NCBI GenBank assembly: GCA_040389345.1
Contig: JAZKAE010000003.1
Coordinates: 1-43,474 of the forward strand
Reading direction: 5' to 3'
DNA: 43,474 nt
From: Patescibacteria group bacterium
GTDB taxonomy: Bacteria; Patescibacteriota; Minisyncoccia; Phycocordibacterales; Zambryskibacteraceae
Positions within the stretch are counted from its first letter, which is position 1. Each line of letters starts with the position of its first letter. This document shows positions 17,791-24,971 of the stretch, piece by piece. The notes below the pieces were generated by a model. The model saw only the letters and a program-made list of their open reading frames with translations. It did no database searches and was not told the DNA's origin. Both the position numbers and the translations under genes were made by a program.

Positions 17791-18498
17791 ATGAAAACTA
17801 AGGGCTTTCTACTTTTGATCCTTTCTCTCTGTGTCGCATCCTTTGCACACGCACAAGCAATACCAGGAGATGTGGACCTTTTGTGGCAGGGAACGGGATA
17901 TACCCCAAGCTTCTATAAAGGAAGAGATCTGTGGGCAACACAAGGGCAAATAGTTTTTACTGCCATTCCGCATGTGAGTGGAGGTTCCGTTATCTATAGA
18001 TGGAGAAAGAACGGGGAAGTGCTTGGCAGCGTTTCTGGAACAGGCCGCAACTCTCTTACGCTCGCTGATTCAATATTTTCAAAACCCATAACCGTGGGAG
18101 TTGAGATCGTCGATGCAAACGATTCTGTTCTTGCTGAAAGGTCGGTCACGTTGGTTCCCCGAGCTCCTAAACTACTTATATATGAGGATAATCCTCTTTA
18201 CGGACTCATGACCCACCATGAAGTCGGGGCATCGTTTGTACTCCGAGAACGAGAGGTGTCCTTTGCTGCAATCCCGCTTTTCTTTAGCGTTCATTCAAGA
18301 GATTCTGAGTTTCTCAAGTATTCGTGGACTAATAATGGATCGGTCCTCGCACAGAACGGAAACCGCGTCACCTTTAGGACACCGGACGGCGAAGGAGAAG
18401 CGGCCATCGATGTACAAGTAAAAAATACTAACAAGATCGCTCAGGACACCTCGGACCTCTTTACGGTACAATTTGGCAGCCAAGAACCAAACATTTAA
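17791..18498 (+). CDS. Secreted protein with two tandem beta-rich repeats
   Basis: The start is set at ATG 17791, after the upstream stop at 17781-17783. Signal peptide MKTKGFLLLILSLCVASFAHAQA. There is an internal duplication (YRWRKNGEVLGSVSGTGRNSLTL versus YSWTNNGSVLAQNGNRVTF). Confidence 0.6.
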   Translation: MKTKGFLLLILSLCVASFAHAQAIPGDVDLLWQGTGYTPSFYKGRDLWATQGQIVFTAIPHVSGGSVIYRWRKNGEVLGSVSGTGRNSLTLADSIFSKPITVGVEIVDANDSVLAERSVTLVPRAPKLLIYEDNPLYGLMTHHEVGASFVLREREVSFAAIPLFFSVHSRDSEFLKYSWTNNGSVLAQNGNRVTFRTPDGEGEAAIDVQVKNTNKIAQDTSDLFTVQFGSQEPNI

Positions 18499-19503
18499 AT
18501 GAAAACATTTCTCTTATCACTCCTTATCGCGACGTCTTTCTTTGGATTTAGCCTTGCTCATGCAGCCGCTCAAACCACTCCTTCGGATACGAATGGCACT
18601 GATTATCATCTTCTCTCAGGCTCGATACCCAACATTAGCGACTCGACTGGTAAAACAAACCTTGCAACGTTTATCCCAGGACTTATTAAACTTATCATCG
18701 GCCTTGCTGGAGCACTTGCGGTGATCCAGATCGTCATCGGAGGCTTCCAATACATCATGACAGAAGCGGTAGGAGGGAAGTCGAGCGCTAAAGACACCAT
18801 TCAAAATGCGATCATAGGACTCCTTCTTGCCATCGCCTCGTATACTATCCTCTACACCATAAACCCGCGACTCGTAGAACTTAATCTGAAGCTCGAGTAT
18901 CAAGGGGCGACTCAGGCCACAGATCTTTCGGTTGGAGGAATAGGAAATATCCCAGGAGGAGACATCGATGATGTACCTGCAAGCCAAGGGATTCCTCCTG
19001 GAGCAAGCGCTAATAAGTCCTGGCCACCGGATAATAATGTTCGTAGTAACTTTGCAAAAAACACAAATGGGTTGATTACTTTTAATCATCCAGGTCAACC
19101 CGGTTGTGCCACGATTGGCCAACAGAACTGTACCTCAGTAGCGGGTATAAGCACAGCAGTACAAACCGGTCTTTCACAGCTAGCGATAGATTGTAAGTGC
19201 TCAATTGAAATAACAGGAGGTACTGAATATTGGCTTCACGGAAATAGATCAACCGAATTAACCGGTCCCACAGCCAATAAAACGGCTCATAAATCAGGAG
19301 GACGGGTGGTGGACATATCTTTGTATACACCGGTTAGCCAATACATACGAGCAGAAGGGGAGGTGATAAAATCTGGAGATAAATCTGGAGATAATTGTGT
19401 TAAGTTCGCCTCTGGTCCCGAACGATATCAAATAGGCAACGGACTCTACGTTAATGAAAAAATAGCTGGAAATGATCCACATTGGCATGTCTGCTTTAAT
19501 TAA
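18499..19503 (+). CDS. T4SS pilin-like (VirB2/TrbC-like) two-helix domain fused to a putative LAS/M15-type zinc peptidase
   Basis: Signal peptide ..FSLAHAAAQ. FIPGLIKLIIGLAGALAVIQIVIGGFQYIMTEAVGGKSSAKDTIQNAIIGLLLAIASYTILYTINP resembles the CPR pilin-like family. The C-terminal part carries AHKSGGRVVD and a terminal DPHWHV (H..D plus HxH zinc-ligand pattern). Confidence 0.6.
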   Translation: MKTFLLSLLIATSFFGFSLAHAAAQTTPSDTNGTDYHLLSGSIPNISDSTGKTNLATFIPGLIKLIIGLAGALAVIQIVIGGFQYIMTEAVGGKSSAKDTIQNAIIGLLLAIASYTILYTINPRLVELNLKLEYQGATQATDLSVGGIGNIPGGDIDDVPASQGIPPGASANKSWPPDNNVRSNFAKNTNGLITFNHPGQPGCATIGQQNCTSVAGISTAVQTGLSQLAIDCKCSIEITGGTEYWLHGNRSTELTGPTANKTAHKSGGRVVDISLYTPVSQYIRAEGEVIKSGDKSGDNCVKFASGPERYQIGNGLYVNEKIAGNDPHWHVCFN

Positions 19504-20709
19504 ATGAATAAAAAACCTCTCATCATCACCATATCGGTCGCTCTTCTCATCATCCTCGGAGCAGTAGGATGGTATTTCTATACACGATCAGCGACTCCGG
19601 ATGAATTGATCCCGGTTAACGGAGGGCTGCCTTTCGGGGCAGGATCAGGAAACCTCTCTCCCGGCACTCCAGGAGGGGAGACATCGTCAAACCCTACCTT
19701 GGGTGAGAATGGCAAGCCAACAGCCAAGCTTTTCCGCATCTCGGATGTCCCTGTCGGTGGTTTTGTGAGCTTCCTCAAGGGAGGTTTTACCTACGTTCGC
19801 TATATCGATCGAGCCACTGGACATATTTATGATGTGAACCCTGCTACCTTGGAAAAGATCCAGGTGACCAACAACACCATGCCAAAGATCTATGAAGCGT
19901 ACTTTAAAAGCGATGCTTCGGGCGCGGTAGTACGCTCGATCAAGGACGGAAGCGATACGATAGACAACATGATCCTCACTCTCACTCCACCAAAAGCAAC
20001 CTCGACCGCAGCTCTTTACACCGTCGGCTCAGCACTTCTACGGGGAGCAATAGGGGAGGTAACTGTCGCCACGGACAACACGCTTTTATACACCACAAAC
20101 GATACTGGTTCGATCATTCGTTCAACCTTTAGCGCCGATAAGCCAGTCTCCCTCTTTACCTCAGCCTTCACCGACTGGAGACTCTCACCAAGCGGCATTG
20201 TCACCACTAAAGCAAGTGCTGGAGTACTCGGATACTCATATGTATTAGGGGCCAAGGGTGGACTTACAAAGATACTCGGCCCGCTTGATGCTCTTGTGGT
20301 CCTCCCGAACAAAGACAATAAGCGCATCGCGTATTCATATAGAGACGCCGAAGGCGCTGTGCTTAGGGCTCTGAACACTACCACCAAATCCGCAGTAGAC
20401 ATCGTCCCAAGCACCCTTTCTGAAAAATGCTCTTGGAGCACGAAGCTGCCAGACACACTGTACTGCGGGGTACCGACCGGCGGGGTAGGGGCAAGCGAGC
20501 CTGACTCTTGGTATCAAGGTTCTACCCACTTCTCAGACCGCATCTGGAGATTCAACACAGCGACTGGATTTACAGACGTACTGGTTGACCCAAAGAAGGA
20601 TCTGAATGTCGAAATCGACATAGAAAACCCGACGCTCTCGCCGGATGAGGATTATCTCGTATTCATGAACAAGAACGACCTGACAGTGTGGACACTGAAG
20701 CTCAACTAA
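19504..20709 (+). CDS. N-terminally anchored protein, possibly TolB-like beta-propeller
   Basis: 401 aa with TM helix LIITISVALLIILGAVGWYFY and a Gly/Pro-rich linker. The C-terminal LSPDEDYLVFMNKNDLTVWTL resembles PD40/TolB-type repeats (weak). Its stop overlaps the convergent yidC stop. Confidence 0.55.
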   Translation: MNKKPLIITISVALLIILGAVGWYFYTRSATPDELIPVNGGLPFGAGSGNLSPGTPGGETSSNPTLGENGKPTAKLFRISDVPVGGFVSFLKGGFTYVRYIDRATGHIYDVNPATLEKIQVTNNTMPKIYEAYFKSDASGAVVRSIKDGSDTIDNMILTLTPPKATSTAALYTVGSALLRGAIGEVTVATDNTLLYTTNDTGSIIRSTFSADKPVSLFTSAFTDWRLSPSGIVTTKASAGVLGYSYVLGAKGGLTKILGPLDALVVLPNKDNKRIAYSYRDAEGAVLRALNTTTKSAVDIVPSTLSEKCSWSTKLPDTLYCGVPTGGVGASEPDSWYQGSTHFSDRIWRFNTATGFTDVLVDPKKDLNVEIDIENPTLSPDEDYLVFMNKNDLTVWTLKLN

Positions 20710-21428
20710 GCAGCTTTTAGCTTTTCTATTTTTCTTCGAACGACCATCTCTTGTCCTATGGTAAAGATATTTGATGTGAGCCAATACAGCGCGATCACGC
20801 CGGATATTTTATATGAGATAAAGAACACGAGGATGGGGAAGAAGTATTTCATCTGCTTCTGCATGGTTTGAGCCAGATCATCGCCGAAAGAACCTTGAGA
20901 GGTGGTTGGATTCTGCGCTGTCGCAAGCTTGAGCTGGATAAACGTCGTCGCAGCCGCAAGGAGTGCCAAGATAACGCTCTTTTGAGTGATGTCGATCCCT
21001 AGAAAGAGGGGGTTAATGACTGCCGGCGCGTGGACAAAAGAGTATAGAAGGGGAAAATCGATCTTTGGGAACCCTGATTGGAGAAATATGCGATACAAGG
21101 CCCAGATAATAGGAAGCTGGATGATAAGCACAAGTATTCCAGAGAAAGGATTGACCCCCGTCTCCTTATAGAGAGCGAGAGTGGCTTTGGCCTTTTCTTC
21201 GGCGTTGTCCTTGTACCTTTCGTTTATCTCTTTGATGCGAGGGTTGATCTCTTGCATGCGCACCTGAGTGATCACTGCCTTCTTTGAAAGGGGATAAAGG
21301 ATGAGTCTCACAAGGATCGTCAGGAGAATGACAGCGATACCCGCATCAGCCCACGGGAATATCGTGAACAAAAAGATGAGGATGTTGTAAAGCGGATTGA
21401 AAATAATGGCGTGGTAGAGCGAAGACAT
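20706..21428 (-). CDS. yidC: Membrane protein insertase YidC (short form)
   Basis: 240 aa, polytopic. PLSKKAVITQVRMQEINPRIKEINERYKDN is present, and the conserved rpmH-rnpA-yidC order holds. Confidence 0.9.
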   Translation of the reverse strand: MSSLYHAIIFNPLYNILIFLFTIFPWADAGIAVILLTILVRLILYPLSKKAVITQVRMQEINPRIKEINERYKDNAEEKAKATLALYKETGVNPFSGILVLIIQLPIIWALYRIFLQSGFPKIDFPLLYSFVHAPAVINPLFLGIDITQKSVILALLAAATTFIQLKLATAQNPTTSQGSFGDDLAQTMQKQMKYFFPILVFFISYKISGVIALYWLTSNIFTIGQEMVVRRKIEKLKAA

Positions 21429-21463
21429 TTAAGGATTGTATCTTTTTTGGCCTGATTAAACAA

Positions 21464-21790
21464 TTAATTCAAAACACTTGTAAGAAGCAGGGTGAGCTCG
21501 GACGACAGACTCTCTCCTTTAAGACGCTCTGATCCACTTTTTGCCACAAAGAGATACGCTCCGCTTGGCAGCTGGTCGATGTAGCCAGAAACCAAGGCAT
21601 ACACTCTTCGGCGAGTGCGATTTCGTATAACTGCCTTTTTTGAGACCTTTTTAGAGACAGAGACGCCTATCCGAGCACTTTCACCTCCTCTTTTGAACCG
21701 GAGGGTAAAAAGGGGTGAATTGCGATACTCCGAACGAACAAGGAGCTCAGAAAAGAGCTCTCTGGGGATTCTCCTGCGTTTCGCGAGCAT
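21464..21790 (-). CDS. rnpA: Ribonuclease P protein component
   Basis: 108 aa and basic. ..FTLRFKRGG..RIGVSVSKKVSKKAVIRNRTRRRV is present. The gene starts 3 nt after the rpmH stop. Confidence 0.88.
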   Translation of the reverse strand: MLAKRRRIPRELFSELLVRSEYRNSPLFTLRFKRGGESARIGVSVSKKVSKKAVIRNRTRRRVYALVSGYIDQLPSGAYLFVAKSGSERLKGESLSSELTLLLTSVLN

Positions 21791-21793
21791 GGA

Positions 21794-21928
21794 TTAGACG
21801 GTGAGCTTGGCTCGGCCCTTGCGGCGGCGAGCTTTGACGGTCCTTCGGCCTCCGGTAGTCTTGGCACGCTTCCTAAACCCGTGGGCTCGGGCGCGCTTTC
21901 TCTTTTTTGGCTGGTATGTAGTAGACAT
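21794..21928 (-). CDS. rpmH: 50S ribosomal protein L34
   Basis: Own translation (below the ORF-track cut-off) gives [44 protein letters not shown], the classical L34 sequence. GAGAGG lies upstream. Confidence 0.92.
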   Translation of the reverse strand: MSTTYQPKKRKRARAHGFRKRAKTTGGRRTVKARRRKGRAKLTV

Positions 21929-21944
21929 TGACCTCTCTAATGAC

Positions 21945-21953
21945 TTATTCACA
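21945..21953 (+). promoter_or_regulatory. DnaA box (TTATTCACA, fits TTATNCACA) in the rpmH-dnaA intergenic region
   Basis: Exact 9-mer read at 21945-21953. It is the only such box in this 97-bp spacer. Confidence 0.45.
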
Positions 21954-22025
21954 CATTATAAACAGTTTTACGCCCTTTAACAAGTTTCTCTTAAAACTCT
22001 CGACCGATATACTACGTTCACATAT

Positions 22026-23369
22026 ATGGACTACGCAAGACTTTGGCAAAGTGTCCTCACTGAGATCGAGCTTGCTGTTTCGAAAGCGAACTTTACCACT
22101 TGGTTCAAAGACACGCGAATTGTGAAGGAAGTTGATGGGGTCATCGTCCTTTCTGTGCCTAACGCCTTCGTAAAGGAGTGGTTGGTCCAAAAGTATCACC
22201 ATACCATCCTCAAATCACTGCGAGCGACCGACCCGAACATCCACGCCGTCGAATATGTCGTAAACAAAGAGGAATCAAGAAGAAGAGAGAACAAGGATAT
22301 GTCAGGACTCGGGATGAAAGAACTTCCTCTCCCTGAGGTGATCGTAAACAAGGATGACAACTTGAATCCGCGCTATACGTTCGAGACCTTTGTCATTGGC
22401 CCATTCAATGAACTGGCACACGCCGCAGCTCAGGCGGTCATCAAGTCTCCGGGTCTCATGTACAACCCTCTCTTTATCTACGGATCAACAGGTCACGGGA
22501 AAACCCACCTTATCCAGGCAGTGGGGAACTACACAAAGACCATGAATCCGGGCAAAAAGGTATTTTATATGACCTCAGAGAAGTTCGGCCAGGATTGTAT
22601 GAGTGCGCTTCAAAACCAAAAGATGAGTGTTTTCAAAGAAAAATATCGAAAATACGATGTCCTTATCATGGACGACATTCAATTCTTCTCAGATAAGCAG
22701 AAGTTCCAAGAAGAGCTCTTCCATCTATTCAACACCCTCTACGACAACAACAAACAGATCATCTTCTCCTCTGATATGCACCCCCATTTCATCCCAGGAC
22801 TCGAGGAAAGGCTCCGTTCTCGCTTCTCTGCAGGCATGATAGTCGACATCCCTCCTCCGGATGAGGAGTCCCGCACTGCCATCCTAAGCGCCAAGGCCAA
22901 GAACCAAGGCCTTGTCCTTCCTGAGGATGTTATAAATTATCTAGCCCACGCCCTAAACGGAAACATTAGAGACCTTGAGGGGGTCATCAACACTCTTGCG
23001 ATCCAAGCACAGCTTAAGGGCCGAGAGATCACCATCACCGACGCCAGAGGATTCGTAAAGAACAATGCTAAGCCAAAAAGATCCATAGCCATAAAAGATA
23101 TTGTGAAGATCGTTTCGGATTTCTATTCGATCGAAGAAGAGAGTATCTATGAGAAGACGAGAAGAAAGGAGGTGATCAAGCCCCGCCAGGTGATCATGTA
23201 TCTTCTCAGAGAGGACTTTAACATCTCATATCCGTCGATCGGCCAGAAACTTGGAGGAAGAGACCATACCACCGTCATCCACTCATGCGAGAAGATAAAG
23301 GTGGATCTGAAGGAAGATCCTACTCTCTCTCAGGAGATAAATCAGATCAGAAACCTCTTGGCTGTGTAA
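22026..23369 (+). CDS. dnaA: Chromosomal replication initiator protein DnaA
   Basis: 447 aa. Walker [22 protein letters not shown] and the C-terminal DNA-binding helix [16 protein letters not shown] are present. Confidence 0.95.
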   Translation: MDYARLWQSVLTEIELAVSKANFTTWFKDTRIVKEVDGVIVLSVPNAFVKEWLVQKYHHTILKSLRATDPNIHAVEYVVNKEESRRRENKDMSGLGMKELPLPEVIVNKDDNLNPRYTFETFVIGPFNELAHAAAQAVIKSPGLMYNPLFIYGSTGHGKTHLIQAVGNYTKTMNPGKKVFYMTSEKFGQDCMSALQNQKMSVFKEKYRKYDVLIMDDIQFFSDKQKFQEELFHLFNTLYDNNKQIIFSSDMHPHFIPGLEERLRSRFSAGMIVDIPPPDEESRTAILSAKAKNQGLVLPEDVINYLAHALNGNIRDLEGVINTLAIQAQLKGREITITDARGFVKNNAKPKRSIAIKDIVKIVSDFYSIEEESIYEKTRRKEVIKPRQVIMYLLREDFNISYPSIGQKLGGRDHTTVIHSCEKIKVDLKEDPTLSQEINQIRNLLAV

Positions 23370-23374
23370 AACTC

Positions 23375-23607
23375 TGGGGATAAGTGGATGAGTTATATAG
23401 GTTTTGCCGGGGGATAAAACAGGGGACAAGAGCGGACAAATGAAGGAGAAAAGGGGATAATTAAGGAAGGAGTAAAAACCTACACCCCGATCTTAGCCTC
23501 TATCCCCATTTCAAGTTCTATATAAAAGGAGATCGAGGGCCTTGTTGAGTCATAAAAATATTTATCCCCATATCCACATCCCTAATAGTATTAATAAGTA
23601 TTTATAT
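23375..23607. other. Probable oriC: DnaA-box cluster plus AT-rich unwinding tract
   Basis: Reverse-orientation boxes are tggggataa (23375-83), gggggataa (23409-17) and aggggataa (23452-60). Forward boxes are CTATCCCCA (23500-08), TTATCCCCA (23562-70) and ATATCCACA (23570-78). The tract cctaatagtattaataagtatttatat (23581-23607) has 4 G/C in 27 nt. Confidence 0.6.
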
Positions 23608-24711
23608 ATGAAAATAGAATGCATTAAGGAGAAGTTATCAGATTCAGTCAGCAAGGCTGAAAAGATAGCAGGAAAAAATCCAACCCTTCCGGTCCTTGCA
23701 GGACTCTATCTAAAGACCGAGGGGAATTCCCTTTCTATTCGTGCTACAAATCTTGACCTTGGTCTCGCCACCTCTGTCTCCGCAAAAATTTTGGAAGAAG
23801 GGGAAGCTGTTGTTCCAGCCCAGATCCTCTCCCAGCTACTAAACTCTCTACCCAAAGAGAAAACTATCACTCTTTCTTTGGAAGGGCAGGTGCTCAAAGT
23901 AAAGACCGGAAGCACTGAAGCCCTCATAAAAACTCTTCCCACAGAGGATTTTCCTATCATTCCACAGATCAAGGACGACGAAGGATTCTCTATGCCAGCA
24001 AAGGATCTTGTATTAGGCCTCAGGTCAGTGGTCTACGCTGCTGCACAAGGTAGTATGAAGCCCGAACTTTCTTCTGTATGTGTGGCATATGAGGGGAATG
24101 AATTGGTATTTGCGGCCACTGACTCATTTCGCTTGGCTGAAAAGAGGATCAAAGTGAAGAATATTCCTCACTTTAAATACATCCTCATCCCTCAGAAGAA
24201 CGCAAGCGAGATCGTGAGGATATTTGATGCTATCGACGATGATCTTTCTGTCTCCATTAAAGACAACATGGCAGCTTTTGAAGGAGGTGGAGTATATCTC
24301 ACCTCTCGGATCATCGACGGAGTGTTTCCTGATTATAAACAGATCATCCCTAAAGAGACGACCTCCAAAGCCGTCGTGCTCAAACAAGACCTTGCGACCT
24401 CACTAAAGACGGCTCTGATCTTCTCTGACACTTTTAATCAACTCCATCTCTCTCTTTCTCCTAAACAAAAAACCTTCGAGATCGAATCCAAGAACTCAAG
24501 TGTAGGGGAGAATAAATATGCCCTGCCAGCGGCGATCGAAGGAGAAGATCTTGAGATCAATGTGAATCATAAATATTTTACCGACTGCTTTCAGTCGATC
24601 CCTTCTGACACGATCAACATCAAGTTCAACGGACAAGCCCGTCCTATCCTTTTGGAAGGAGTAGGGGATAAGAGCTTTATGTACATCGTCATGCCGATGA
24701 ACAGATCCTAA
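23608..24711 (+). CDS. dnaN: DNA polymerase III beta sliding clamp
   Basis: 367 aa from ATG 23608 (MKIECIKEKLSD). The upstream in-frame extension to 23542 would run through the DnaA boxes. The gene follows dnaA, and the C-terminus ..PILLEGVGDKSFMYIVMPM is typical. Confidence 0.9.
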   Translation: MKIECIKEKLSDSVSKAEKIAGKNPTLPVLAGLYLKTEGNSLSIRATNLDLGLATSVSAKILEEGEAVVPAQILSQLLNSLPKEKTITLSLEGQVLKVKTGSTEALIKTLPTEDFPIIPQIKDDEGFSMPAKDLVLGLRSVVYAAAQGSMKPELSSVCVAYEGNELVFAATDSFRLAEKRIKVKNIPHFKYILIPQKNASEIVRIFDAIDDDLSVSIKDNMAAFEGGGVYLTSRIIDGVFPDYKQIIPKETTSKAVVLKQDLATSLKTALIFSDTFNQLHLSLSPKQKTFEIESKNSSVGENKYALPAAIEGEDLEINVNHKYFTDCFQSIPSDTINIKFNGQARPILLEGVGDKSFMYIVMPMNRS

Positions 24712-24971
24712 TGAAAGACCTTTCCTCGTTCCTTGGAAGGTTCCTCAAGTCTCTTGGCGTTGATACTGGTTCTCGAGAAGCCGTGAGAGATAGTATAAAA
24801 AATCTTACAGGCATAGAGTTATCCCTTGAGGAAATTTCGATAAAAGAAGGAACCCTTATTGTCGCCTCGACCCCTGGCAAACATACTGCTCTGCGGCTTA
24901 AAGAAGAGAGAATACTCGAGGCCCTAAAGGCTCAAAAAGGCCTTCCTGTGAACAAAATATTGTATAGATGA
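24711..24971 (+). CDS. DUF721-like small protein (DciA/RemB-like)
   Basis: 86 aa. Its ATG overlaps the dnaN stop (TAATG). ..IKEGTLIVASTPGKHTALRLKEERILEAL resembles the DUF721 core. This is a by-eye call. Confidence 0.4.
   Translation: MKDLSSFLGRFLKSLGVDTGSREAVRDSIKNLTGIELSLEEISIKEGTLIVASTPGKHTALRLKEERILEALKAQKGLPVNKILYR

Noticed and set aside
9736-20709. Interpretation of the T4SS-like cluster as an integrative conjugative element or plasmid remnant
   Set aside because: There is no relaxase, coupling protein, integrase, att-like direct repeat or tRNA boundary. The composition and promoter style match the flanking core genes. The operon is continuous with pcrA-rsmA on the same strand.
20706-20709. 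Convergent genes whose stops overlap or abut without a terminator. Examples are ORF 19504/yidC at 20706-20709, DUF721/PBP at 24969-24974, ORF 36910/DoxX at 37306-37312, and methyltransferase/mutM overlapping at 38193-38204.
   Set aside because: This is real and visible, but best explained as general genome compaction rather than a specific regulatory system.
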